NCBI GenBank assembly: GCA_002722595.1 | Contig: PBMO01000035.1 | Coordinates: 49 to 64,048, forward strand | Reading direction: 5' to 3' | From: Methanobacteriota archaeon | GTDB lineage: Archaea; Thermoplasmatota; Poseidoniia; Poseidoniales; Thalassarchaeaceae | DNA: 64,000 bases | Shown: in pieces, positions 27,501 to 35,903 of the stretch | How positions within the stretch are numbered: the first letter of the stretch is position 1 | Layout of the letters: each line of letters starts with the position of its first letter | Position numbers and translations under genes: made by a program | The notes under the pieces: generated by a model | What the model was told of the DNA's origin: nothing | Database searches by the model: none | Seen by the model: the letters and a program-made list of their open reading frames with translations, nothing else

Positions 27501-30500
27501 AAAGAAGTAGTTATCCAGTCAAGAAAATCAGTCGAATCTAATCCGGTTGGCCAATTGGATGCAGAAGAATTGGAATCTGCAATTTGGGACGCGAAAGAGA
27601 GACTTGTGGCCGATATAGTATCCCAAGTCACAGGATTTCCATTAAGAATGATTCATGGTTCGATGGATTTACGAACAATTGGACTAGATGAGAACCGGAT
27701 TTCTGAAGTCAAATCTAGAATTCAATCGGCTTATCGTGTTAAGGGAGATTGTGAAGCCAAGTCTCTGCCTGACTTAGTTGAATGGTTAGATGAAAATCCA
27801 CCAGTTCAGATTATTCCAAGTAGTGAATCTGAAACAACCATATCTCATAGAAGAATCCTAGGAAAAACAGAAAATATTGTATTCAGTGGTGTTAGTCTTG
27901 GTTTGCCTGGATTGAATGAGGTATTCTCAGAGGATGCACTTGATCGAATAATCAGTGGCGAGAACTTCATCACAGAACTTCCAGAGGAAGTGAAACAAAA
28001 GCTATTGGACCGGAATCTCGTTAGAATTGTCAAGAAGGCTGATGGTTCTGCTGACTTTGTTCCATGTGATGACTCCAGCCTTATACCACAACTGGCAGGG
28101 CGCAAGGGTCATTTTGATTTGGTAAAACAGTATGGTGTGGATTCTAAGATAGTTCAAGCAATGGATATTTCAACATCTCTAGCACTTGCATCTGGATTGG
28201 AAGCATTACGTGATGCTGGGCTTCCTTTGGTTGCAATTGAGCAAATCAATAAGGCTGGGAAAAGACATATTCAACGATGGAATCTACCGCTTTCTGAACA
28301 GAGTCGTACAGGTGTAATTTTCGCCTCTTGTTTCCCTGGTTTGGAACAGACAATGACGCATGCGCAGAATAACGGTTCTGACAATGAAGGTAATTTCGAT
28401 AGACGTTTCTTGTTACAAATCCTTACAATGGGCCATTCACAATTTGCACAATGGATTGGTGCCAAGGGGCCTAATGCAGCGATTAACAATGCCTGCGCAT
28501 CTACCCCCTCCGCAATTGCAGTTGCAGAAGATTGGATAACAAATAATCGATGTGATAGAGTAATTGTAGTCAGCGCCGACGATGTCACTAGTGACGAATT
28601 AGTCACTTGGATTGGAGCAGGATTTGCGGCAGCAGGTGCCCATGCAATGGGTAACACAGTCGAGGAAGTTAGTTTGCCATTTGATGCACGGAGAAATGGT
28701 ATGTTATTGGGGATGGGTGCTGCCGCTTTTGTTATTGAAAGAGAGAATTTGAGCAAAGAAAGAGGAGTCACTCCCTATGCGCAATTACTCGGCACACACC
28801 TCGCAAACTCTGCTTACCATCCAACACGTTTGGATGTCGAACATGTCTCAAGTTCTCTAGACTCTTTCATCTCAAGAATGGAAACAAAATGGGACCTTAA
28901 CCGCCATCAAATTGCTGCCAAAACCACATTCATGTCACACGAACCAGGGACCCCCCCTCGCGGTGGTTCTGCTGCGGCGGAAATTGAAGCCCTCAGACAC
29001 ACTTTCGGTGCTAGCGCTTCATCAATACTGATTACCAACACCAAGGGATTTACAGGCCACCCCATGGGAGTTGGTATTGAAGATGCAGTTTCCATTTACG
29101 GGTTAAGTAAGGGAGAGTTCCCCCCTATTGCAAATTTCAAGCAACCAGACCCCGAATTGGGGGATTTACGCCTTTCAAAAGGTGGCCCTGTTGATGTTGA
29201 ATACGTCATTCGGCATGCAGCAGGTTTTGGTTCCCAGATGGCGTTTACGATGACTCGTAAGATAGCCAACTCCCTTGATCGGATTGACCGCTCTGCAGTA
29301 GCTTTGTGGGTTGCAAACAAATGTGGTGGGGACGTTGATTTGAGAATTCTTGAAAGAAAATTAGTGACATACGTTGATGCTGATGAAATGCTAATTGGTG
29401 GTGTAGAAGGTGAGAAGTGGTTTGAGCGCAGAGTGGTTGAAGAGAAATCAGAAATCAAAGAGGACCTAAGTTCGACCATCGAACCGATCGAAGAAATAAT
29501 CGAAGAAGATACTGCTATGAATGAGATTAAGGCATCAGGAGATGTTGAGAATAAAGTAATCGAGGTCGTAGTAAAGCACACAGGCTATCCTGCTGATTTT
29601 GTTGAGCTTGATCAAGATTTGGAAGGTGAATTGGGTATTGACACCGTAAAGCAGGCAGAAATAATGGCGGAATTAAGGGAGTTCTATGGTCTCCCAGTCG
29701 ATGAATCGTTCGTTCTTAGTGAACATCCAACTCTAAATCATATGATTGCATACCTGAGTATTGGAGAAAGAAATTCTGAGAATACAGCAGTAGATGAGCC
29801 AAAATTACCAGTTCTACAACCTGTATCAGTCCAAACCGCGCCGGTAAAAGAGGAAGCAAATATTGTGCCCACAGGCGTTCCTTCGCCGGATGTCAGAGAC
29901 AAGGTCGTCGAAGTGGTAGTTAATCACACAGGTTACCCTGAAGACTTCATAGAATTAGATCAAGACTTGGAAGGCGAGTTGGGAATTGATACCGTAAAGC
30001 AGGCAGAAATTATGGCGGAACTGCGCGAGTTCTATGGTTTGCCAGTAGATGAGTCGTTTGTTTTGAGTGAACATCCTACCTTGAATCACATGATTGCTTA
30101 TCTCGATCAAGATCCACCCTCTACATCGCTTCAAGAGATACCAGTCACCGAATCTGATCAAAACCACAATACGACAGATCCCCAATCGATAGAAAAAAAT
30201 CCAGTCCTTGAATTGGTTCCAGAAACAGGTGGAGTTAGAAGGTGGCAAGTTGAAGCAGAAGAATGTGCACCAGAATCTGGGATTCCATTGGATATTGAAG
30301 GCAAGGTAATTGCTGTAACAGATGACCCTTGGGGGGTAGCAGATACACTTTGCCATATATTGGAAGCAGCAGGTATTGATGCAGTCCGCATCATGCTTGA
30401 CCCAAGCATAGTATCCAAGGTCAAGATTGAGAAGGATGGCCCAGTTGATATCATCCGAGTAAATCCTGGAAACAGGGATCAATTAGCAGAGGTCAGCACT

Positions 30501-32858
30501 CATCTTTCACAAGTCGGAGAAGTTGCAGCCTTACTGCATCTTGCCCCTCTAAGACTTGCTGGAGTTGGATGGGAATCTGAGACGCAAAATGCCCACCTAA
30601 ATACTACGACTCATGGTTTATTTGGACTCCTGAAATCATTGAATAATCACTTCTCTTCTATTAATGATGGGACGGTTATGTCAGTCAGCGCAATGGATGG
30701 AAAACATGGGAATTCAAGTAGTCGCTTCAACTCAATTGCAGCCGGTGCTCATGGAATTATCAAGTCATACTCAAAAGAGATGCCTCATCTAAGATGTCGA
30801 GCAGTAGATGTGGATCCTGAATTATTGACAGATCCAACATCTCTTGCCCACAAGATTTGGGCTGAAGCCTTCGGCCTCACAAGCCCGATAGAAGTGGGAA
30901 TATCTCGTGATGGCACGCGTTGGTCGCTACAAATGTACGAGGAGGATTTGGGCCAAAGCATTCAACCATTGGATGAAGATGACGTCTGGATAGTTTCTGG
31001 AGGAGGTTCCGGTGTCACGTCTAGGTGTATAGTTGGTGTTGCAAACGCAAGTCTCAATGCGGGCGCCACATTTGTTTTATTGGGTAGAACAAAACTGGAT
31101 CCAAGTCTAGAGGATTGGTTGGATGATTCAGAATCAGAATTGCATGAAAGAAAGATGAACCTCAGGGAACAAATGATTTCTGCCAGTGATTCGGGTAAAG
31201 TCACAATGGTTGAATGGGAAAATGAGTGGAATCGGTTGATGCGTAATATGAGTATTCATCGCACACTCAAAGATATCCAACTATCTGGCAATCGGGCTCT
31301 GTATGATGCATGTGATGTGACAAATCAAAAATCGGTTTCAAAGGTAATTAGTGCTGTTAGTGATGAGTTTGGAACAATTACAGGAATAATCCATGGCGCA
31401 GGTATGGAAGATTCGAAACTAGTTGGGGATAAATCTTGGGAGACTTTTTCGAAAGTAGTATCAGTCAAGATTGATGGTTGGAGATCAATAATTGATGCAA
31501 TAGGTGAAGATGTAAGCAAACTAAGAGTAGTCTGTGCGTTTACATCAATCGCAGGTCGATTTGGGAATGGTGGACAAGTTGATTATGCAGCAGCAAATAA
31601 CATTCTAGATGCTGAAATGTGTAGAATTGCCCAGCATGAAGATGCACCCCGAGCAGTTGCAATAGCATGGTCTGGTTGGAGAGATGTTGGCATGGCAACA
31701 CGTGGTTCAATAGAATCTGTATTTGAACAGGCTGGAATCGAAATGATCCCTGTTGATGTGGGCGTCGAAATTTTCGTTGATGAACTACTTGCTGGTGGAA
31801 AGAGGCGGGTTGTTGCAGCTGGTTCGTTGGGTAGCCTAGATACAGAAAATAGTCTCAGAGGCCCCCCTCAGAAATTTCCTAATGACACATCAGGTGCTCT
31901 TTCAGAGCCGGAAAGGTTCCCCTTCATAGATCGCATCATCCAACATGATCCATATGAGAATCTAGTTGCTGAATGCACACTTTCTGAACTTCGACACCCA
32001 TTCTTAACAGACCATGCGATTGATGGAACCCCTTACCACCCGGGTGTAATGGCAATGGAAATGTTTGCTCAAGCATCATTGCTTCTGTATCCGGTTTGCA
32101 CATTGGAAGGGTTCTCTGATGTTGAATTCGGTCTACCGATTAAATTGACGAAAGATGAACAGAAAGTTAGGGTAATTGCAAAATTTGATGGCCAAGATCA
32201 CAATTCATTATTCATCAAGTGCCATCTTGAAAGTGATCTAACGAATTCAAAAGGAGAGATTTTTGGCGAGCCGATAATTCATCATAGTTCTCAGATTCGT
32301 TTACTAAAAGAGGGTGCAGAACGGGATGCATCATTGCCATTCAATACTATACCCAGTATGGGCCAGGCATCATTCCAACCAAATTTCATCTACAAACGAT
32401 TCTTCCATGGGCCAAGATTCCAAGTTCATGGTGGAATTATCAAGGGCATATCTGACGGTGATAGGCTAGGTATTGATGGAATAGCATTGCTTCGCAATCA
32501 ATTGCCGGAAACGGTACTTTTCTCTGAAGAACCTGCATTACTAGAGTCCATGCCCATGCTTGTTGAAGCATGTTTCCAAAATGCTGGATTAGTTGCAATG
32601 GAAGTTGATGGATTATCCAGTTTACCAATTGGTATCGAAGAATGTGAGATTCTGAAAACTCCTCCTGCAAGGGATGATTTGCGAGTCCGCAGTTATCGTA
32701 TAGGTGTTGAAGAGGGAGGGATTACAGTACACGATGCCATTGTGTATGATAAAAATCAGAAACCAGTGGTATCGCTAAAGGGTCTTCGCCTCAAAGGGAT
32801 GGCACCACTTGAAGAAGACGATTTATTCAGTCTAAATAGAAAAGGATTTAGCAATTAA
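24555..32858 (+). CDS. type I FAS/PKS-like megasynthase (PUFA/secondary-lipid synthase-like): KS-AT-ACP*(degenerate)-KS-ACP-ACP-KR-DH
   Basis: KS1: DAACAS (Cys codon 25212-25214), EAHGTST, GHLKAAAG. AT: GHSLGE (Ser codon 26721-26723), SHAFHS. Degenerate carrier-like segment: IGLDENR. KS2: NNACAS (Cys codon 28494-28496), SHEPGTP, GFTGHPMG. Two tandem carrier domains with LGIDTVKQAE. KR: SGGGSGVT Rossmann and DYAAAN. PKS-type DH: LTDHAIDGTPYHP (His codon 32013-32015). I see no ER or TE domain. GAGGTG lies 6-11 nt upstream of the ATG. Confidence 0.9.
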   Translation: MKLLDENSQDPFEPIAVIGIGALFPDADDVDVFWENILKTHVSLREVPSNRWDVSDFWVKGGPKNVDENKTYSKIGGWVDGFEFDWRRWKIPPGSLGQIDLTQQWAVAVSAAALEDAGYMGENSRDLPNEKTGVIFANALGGENRNLSNHRIWADQFARHAIEVGGMPPSGAEAFKQAITEGLPKVTEDTMPGELANVVSGRVANLLDLQGPNYSTDAACASTFAAILDACRLLQARQVDMMVAGASDRTMDPATFAKFSAIGALSATHSTPFDSNANGFVMGEGAGAVTLKRLSDAIRDGDRVQAVIRGIGASSDGRGKGITAPSTRGQIQAVTRAYSQAGYNPSSVQLIEAHGTSTVVGDATELTSLSEVFGDDMPGNNVAVGSIKSQIGHLKAAAGIAGLIKAIRAVDTGIIPPSAGFSNPNQNIDWESNPFFVPTESIEWKPLVDLPRRAGVSSFGFGGTNFHCTIESFEPKLHQNIADNFDLRREAWLNPNSSPTKSVETYSHDELKEIEGGVLLVNAPNLTDLESKLSIIKDDLFTGSNFDDDPYGKRLSQELPRVSQTYIAEGIRCAIVASSWAQLETKFNLLESSIGDRSKWVFLSKKMIMLTDEKILSSDAKIAQLYPGQGSQYVGMTNDLSKRYRCIGETWREADKTMVKILDGETLSSFVLRDNLSDEELKEAEYKLKQTEYTQPAMLTADLAIYRLLSQHGIDPDMVAGHSLGEYAALMVSGILRFEDALKAAAARGTEMGSVDVPDNGIMASVTAPFEQIEKVLAAEDGYVIAANKNSPKMTVIAGETEPMKRVMSAFEEAGAPCVQLQTSHAFHSRIVAPANEPLRRFLNELQIDLPSIPITANLDGQWYPNEIGDNATAKEAILSKLAPQMASSVEWIKQIETMYEDGARLFVEVGPKRALALFAEQILHDRPHIVTNTNHPKVGGITSFHAALAVHALAGRIPNIPDLESDILTDSFRLGVKKPSSKEVVIQSRKSVESNPVGQLDAEELESAIWDAKERLVADIVSQVTGFPLRMIHGSMDLRTIGLDENRISEVKSRIQSAYRVKGDCEAKSLPDLVEWLDENPPVQIIPSSESETTISHRRILGKTENIVFSGVSLGLPGLNEVFSEDALDRIISGENFITELPEEVKQKLLDRNLVRIVKKADGSADFVPCDDSSLIPQLAGRKGHFDLVKQYGVDSKIVQAMDISTSLALASGLEALRDAGLPLVAIEQINKAGKRHIQRWNLPLSEQSRTGVIFASCFPGLEQTMTHAQNNGSDNEGNFDRRFLLQILTMGHSQFAQWIGAKGPNAAINNACASTPSAIAVAEDWITNNRCDRVIVVSADDVTSDELVTWIGAGFAAAGAHAMGNTVEEVSLPFDARRNGMLLGMGAAAFVIERENLSKERGVTPYAQLLGTHLANSAYHPTRLDVEHVSSSLDSFISRMETKWDLNRHQIAAKTTFMSHEPGTPPRGGSAAAEIEALRHTFGASASSILITNTKGFTGHPMGVGIEDAVSIYGLSKGEFPPIANFKQPDPELGDLRLSKGGPVDVEYVIRHAAGFGSQMAFTMTRKIANSLDRIDRSAVALWVANKCGGDVDLRILERKLVTYVDADEMLIGGVEGEKWFERRVVEEKSEIKEDLSSTIEPIEEIIEEDTAMNEIKASGDVENKVIEVVVKHTGYPADFVELDQDLEGELGIDTVKQAEIMAELREFYGLPVDESFVLSEHPTLNHMIAYLSIGERNSENTAVDEPKLPVLQPVSVQTAPVKEEANIVPTGVPSPDVRDKVVEVVVNHTGYPEDFIELDQDLEGELGIDTVKQAEIMAELREFYGLPVDESFVLSEHPTLNHMIAYLDQDPPSTSLQEIPVTESDQNHNTTDPQSIEKNPVLELVPETGGVRRWQVEAEECAPESGIPLDIEGKVIAVTDDPWGVADTLCHILEAAGIDAVRIMLDPSIVSKVKIEKDGPVDIIRVNPGNRDQLAEVSTHLSQVGEVAALLHLAPLRLAGVGWESETQNAHLNTTTHGLFGLLKSLNNHFSSINDGTVMSVSAMDGKHGNSSSRFNSIAAGAHGIIKSYSKEMPHLRCRAVDVDPELLTDPTSLAHKIWAEAFGLTSPIEVGISRDGTRWSLQMYEEDLGQSIQPLDEDDVWIVSGGGSGVTSRCIVGVANASLNAGATFVLLGRTKLDPSLEDWLDDSESELHERKMNLREQMISASDSGKVTMVEWENEWNRLMRNMSIHRTLKDIQLSGNRALYDACDVTNQKSVSKVISAVSDEFGTITGIIHGAGMEDSKLVGDKSWETFSKVVSVKIDGWRSIIDAIGEDVSKLRVVCAFTSIAGRFGNGGQVDYAAANNILDAEMCRIAQHEDAPRAVAIAWSGWRDVGMATRGSIESVFEQAGIEMIPVDVGVEIFVDELLAGGKRRVVAAGSLGSLDTENSLRGPPQKFPNDTSGALSEPERFPFIDRIIQHDPYENLVAECTLSELRHPFLTDHAIDGTPYHPGVMAMEMFAQASLLLYPVCTLEGFSDVEFGLPIKLTKDEQKVRVIAKFDGQDHNSLFIKCHLESDLTNSKGEIFGEPIIHHSSQIRLLKEGAERDASLPFNTIPSMGQASFQPNFIYKRFFHGPRFQVHGGIIKGISDGDRLGIDGIALLRNQLPETVLFSEEPALLESMPMLVEACFQNAGLVAMEVDGLSSLPIGIEECEILKTPPARDDLRVRSYRIGVEEGGITVHDAIVYDKNQKPVVSLKGLRLKGMAPLEEDDLFSLNRKGFSN
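29556..30104 (+). repeat. tandem duplication (348-nt period) encoding two carrier-protein domains inside the megasynthase
   Basis: Copy 1 is about 29556-29756 and copy 2 about 29904-30104. Over a 60-codon aligned core (HTGYP...MIAYL) I count 2 amino-acid differences and 26 codons that differ only synonymously. Confidence 0.9.
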
Positions 32859-32887
32859 AAAATCAATTTTTCAATTGAGGAATTAAA

Positions 32888-33628
32888 ATGTTGATATGGG
32901 AACCTTCAGGTGTTGTTTCCCCTATCTCCATTCCTTGTAATGACAACAATATACACTCGGGATGGATTTCTGTCGGCGACTTCGAGCACAATTCAGAGAT
33001 TCCAGACATCTCAGGAGTACCTCTTGTTGATCCATCTGAGGCAAGCACCTTTGCAACACCAAAACGTGCATATGAACATGCAGCAGCACGGCACGTCTTG
33101 GCAACTCTATTGCATGATATTGGTTTCGAGGCAGATAAAATAGCAGTGTCACGTAATCAATATCGGAAACCAAATCTTGTTTGGAAGGACATAACAAGTA
33201 GTTCGCTTAATCAGAAACTCCCGGAGATTTCATTGTGTCATTCGGGAGGCATCGCAATTGCAACAGTGTCTGTCGATGCTGGGCCTATCGGCCTAGATGC
33301 TGAACCCCTTGAATCAATGCGAAGTCGCAATATCCTGTCTATGATGTCATCTGCTGATGAAATGCAACATCTGAATGATTTATGGGATGTTGATGAAGCG
33401 GTTGCAATTCAAGAAACAAATCGGATTTGGGTAATCAAAGAGTCCGTCCAGAAAGCCTGCGGCTTTGGTATGCACCTCCCTCCACAATCATTTGCAGTCC
33501 ATGAACACGAAGACATCACAGTAAATCACAGTGGGCAAACATATCACATCCAGACAAATCATTGGGTGGAAACCTTGGATGATATCCCCTTCCAGTTGGG
33601 TTTTTCAAAAGTGCTAGGAATTTCCTAA
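32888..33628 (+). CDS. 4'-phosphopantetheinyl transferase, Sfp/PfaE type
   Basis: PIGLDAEP (GxDxE motif) and IWVIKESVQKACG (W/FxxKES motif). At 246 aa the size fits the two-domain Sfp type. GAGG lies 8 nt upstream of the ATG, which is 30 nt after the megasynthase stop. Confidence 0.8.
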   Translation: MLIWEPSGVVSPISIPCNDNNIHSGWISVGDFEHNSEIPDISGVPLVDPSEASTFATPKRAYEHAAARHVLATLLHDIGFEADKIAVSRNQYRKPNLVWKDITSSSLNQKLPEISLCHSGGIAIATVSVDAGPIGLDAEPLESMRSRNILSMMSSADEMQHLNDLWDVDEAVAIQETNRIWVIKESVQKACGFGMHLPPQSFAVHEHEDITVNHSGQTYHIQTNHWVETLDDIPFQLGFSKVLGIS

Positions 33629-33847
33629 TCATTCTTCCTCTATATTATCCATCATTTTATTCCCTGAGAGGGCCAGTATTAATCCAGGTACAAATAGGAA
33701 TGTGATCCCTCGAATAACCGGTTCAACTTCGGCATCAATCATCAATGCCCATAATGGAGCCATCGCTGGCATGAACAAGAAACACATTCCAATCCCCACC
33801 TTTTGTTTCCAGTGCATGACCGGTCGCGAGAGATTCTCCTCTTTCAA
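33629..33847 (-). CDS. small hypothetical membrane protein (72 aa, 2 TM)
   Basis: The ORF has two hydrophobic helices (VGIGMCFLFMPAMAPLWALMI and ITFLFVPGLILALSG) and no recognised motif. Its reality as a coding gene is uncertain. Confidence 0.4.
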   Translation of the reverse strand: MKEENLSRPVMHWKQKVGIGMCFLFMPAMAPLWALMIDAEVEPVIRGITFLFVPGLILALSGNKMMDNIEEE

Positions 33848-33904
33848 TGTCGGGGTGTTCGGACCGAATTGGATAATACTGAGACACTACCCCGACAAAT
33901 TACC

Positions 33905-33976
33905 GCGGATGTAGTGAAGGGGTTATCACCTGAGGTTTCCAACCTCATGTCACGGGTTCAAATCCCGTCGTCCGCA
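33905..33976 (+). tRNA. tRNA-Gly (anticodon UCC)
   Basis: Hand-folded cloverleaf. Acceptor GCGGAUG/CGUCCGC (one G-U pair) plus discriminator A. D arm GUGA-AGGGGUUA-UCAC. Anticodon arm UGAGG-UUUCCAA-CCUCA (anticodon UCC). Variable loop UGUC. T arm ACGGG-UUCAAAU-CCCGU. No encoded CCA and no intron. Confidence 0.9.
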
Positions 33977-34029
33977 CTTCAGATTTTGATACTGAGGTAT
34001 TGAAAAACTACCGACCGGAGGCCTTGTCA

Positions 34030-35901
34030 ATGTCACAGGATAGACGTGGCGCATCAATTGGTAATTCTCCTGAAGAGGACAACCAAAATGAAGCCCAAAT
34101 CCTTGGCCGGAGAATTTGGAGGATTTTCCCATATGTCCGACCCTATCGCAGACGAGCCGTGATTGGAATATTTACCAATGGGTTGGCTAGGGTTTTCGAT
34201 TTGATTCCATTTATCTTCATTGGTTTTGCAGTTGATCACTATAGTGGAATTAAGGAATCAGGTGGTCGTCTGGGTGACTTCCGAGCCTTTCTGGATGAGA
34301 ACTTGTTGTTTTATTTCAGCGAGGATCAAGCACTTTCGTACGGCTTGCTGATATTCCTTGGCTTTGCAGGCCTTGCCATTTTTCAGGGTGTTTCTGATTA
34401 TTGTTGGCAAACACTTGGGTATAAGGTTCAACATGATCTTCGATTAGATGCTACTCAAAGTCTCATACGAATGGAAGCTTCTTACTATGATTTGAGGCAA
34501 ACGGGTGTACTCATGTCGGTGCTATCATCAGATGTCAATCAATTAGAAGATGTAATCTCAGATTCTTCGACTTCAATCATTCGAATCTTTACAACATTCA
34601 TCACTGCCTTTGTAATTCTTATGATGATGTCTTGGAAATTGACGGCCGTTCTCTTTGGTCCTCTTATCCTCATTTTCCCCATGGTATATTTGTTTTCGAC
34701 ACGGGTACAACGCAAGTATCGAAAGCAAAGAGAATCGACCGGTGGGATAAATGCAGTTCTTGAGAACATCATATCTGGAATTGCAGTAGTTCAGGCTTAC
34801 AATGCGCAAGAATGGGAGATATCTCGCGTTACAACTGAGAGTGAAGAATATCGTGACGAGGCAATTGGTGCAAGTCTTGATCGAAATCGTTTCATCCCAG
34901 GTTTGTATGGTGTCGCCGGGATTGTTTACGGCCTCTGTGTATCCGTAGGCGGATGGCTGATGAAAGAAGGCGAAATATCGACTGGAGCCCTAGTTACATT
35001 CCTTCTAATGATGACTCGTCTTTCGATGCCATTGTTCATATTTGGGATGTTAGTTAACCAGCTTCAAAGAGGGGAAGCAGCAGCCCGTCGAGTATTTGCC
35101 ATGGTTGATTTAGAACCAAACATTGTCGACAAAGAAGGTGCAAATGCTTTGGACAGTTCAATTGAAACTATTGAATTCCGAGATGTTCATTTCACATACC
35201 CAGGTACTGAATCACCTGTTTTGAATGGAATTTCATTCAAGGTTGGCCAAGGGGGATTCTTGGGAGTTATGGGACATACTGGTGCAGGTAAATCAACGAT
35301 ATTGAAGTTGATTCTTCGCTATTATGAACCTGATTCTGGAGAAGTTTTAGTCAATGGACATAACATACAAGAAATCACATTGGATAGTGTTCGGGAGCAA
35401 ATGGGTTTTGTTAACCAAGATCCATTTTTGTTCTATGGAAGTATTCGAGATAATGTTGCTTATTCCCGACAAGCAAGTCAAGAAGAAATTGCAATTGCTT
35501 TGGAGTTAGCAGGTGCCAATGATTTTGTAGATGACATGGAAAATGGGTTCGATACATTGGTAGGAGATAGAGGTGTGATGTTGTCAGGTGGTCAGCGTGC
35601 AAGAATTTCTCTTGCACGTGCCTTACTAAAGAAACCGAGTTTGCTAATCCTTGATGAAGCCTCAAGTGCCTTGGACGCTGAAACAGAGAGAAAAATTCAG
35701 TCCAATCTCCTTGGCACAGGTGGTTCAAGGACTACAATTGCAGTAGCCCATAGATTATCGACTATTCGAAATGCAGACGAAATATTGTCGATGGTTGATG
35801 GAGCGGTTGTTGAGCGTGGAACACATGATAAATTGGTTAACAACAAAGGTGTATATTCTAGTCAATGGGATATCCAAACAGGGGCCTTAGGAGGGGAGTA
35901 A
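34030..35901 (+). CDS. ABC exporter, fused permease-ATPase (MsbA/MdlB-like)
   Basis: An N-terminal six-helix ABC membrane domain is followed by Walker A GHTGAGKST, signature LSGGQRARISLARAL and Walker B LLILDEASSALD. The ATG at 34030 is preferred over the TTG at 34000, which sits 24 nt after the tRNA. Confidence 0.85.
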   Translation: MSQDRRGASIGNSPEEDNQNEAQILGRRIWRIFPYVRPYRRRAVIGIFTNGLARVFDLIPFIFIGFAVDHYSGIKESGGRLGDFRAFLDENLLFYFSEDQALSYGLLIFLGFAGLAIFQGVSDYCWQTLGYKVQHDLRLDATQSLIRMEASYYDLRQTGVLMSVLSSDVNQLEDVISDSSTSIIRIFTTFITAFVILMMMSWKLTAVLFGPLILIFPMVYLFSTRVQRKYRKQRESTGGINAVLENIISGIAVVQAYNAQEWEISRVTTESEEYRDEAIGASLDRNRFIPGLYGVAGIVYGLCVSVGGWLMKEGEISTGALVTFLLMMTRLSMPLFIFGMLVNQLQRGEAAARRVFAMVDLEPNIVDKEGANALDSSIETIEFRDVHFTYPGTESPVLNGISFKVGQGGFLGVMGHTGAGKSTILKLILRYYEPDSGEVLVNGHNIQEITLDSVREQMGFVNQDPFLFYGSIRDNVAYSRQASQEEIAIALELAGANDFVDDMENGFDTLVGDRGVMLSGGQRARISLARALLKKPSLLILDEASSALDAETERKIQSNLLGTGGSRTTIAVAHRLSTIRNADEILSMVDGAVVERGTHDKLVNNKGVYSSQWDIQTGALGGE

Positions 35902-35903
35902 AT

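Noticed and set aside
28100-29300. Second KS as a chain-length-factor (CLF) type inactive KS, as in PfaC-like proteins
   Set aside because: The active-site Cys (NNACAS) and both His motifs (HEPGTP, GHPMG) are present, so it looks catalytically competent.
24685-32670. Numerous 60-175 aa minus-strand ORFs inside the megasynthase gene (for example 28271..28771, 29096..29581, 29955..30482)
   Set aside because: All lie antisense to a continuous 2767-codon frame with recognisable catalytic motifs throughout, and none has a motif of its own.
33848-34030. tRNA-Gly as an integration hotspot marking the megasynthase cassette as a genomic island
   Set aside because: I found no integrase or recombinase gene and no direct repeat of the tRNA 3' end in the flanks I read. 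There is no evidence for a mobile element.
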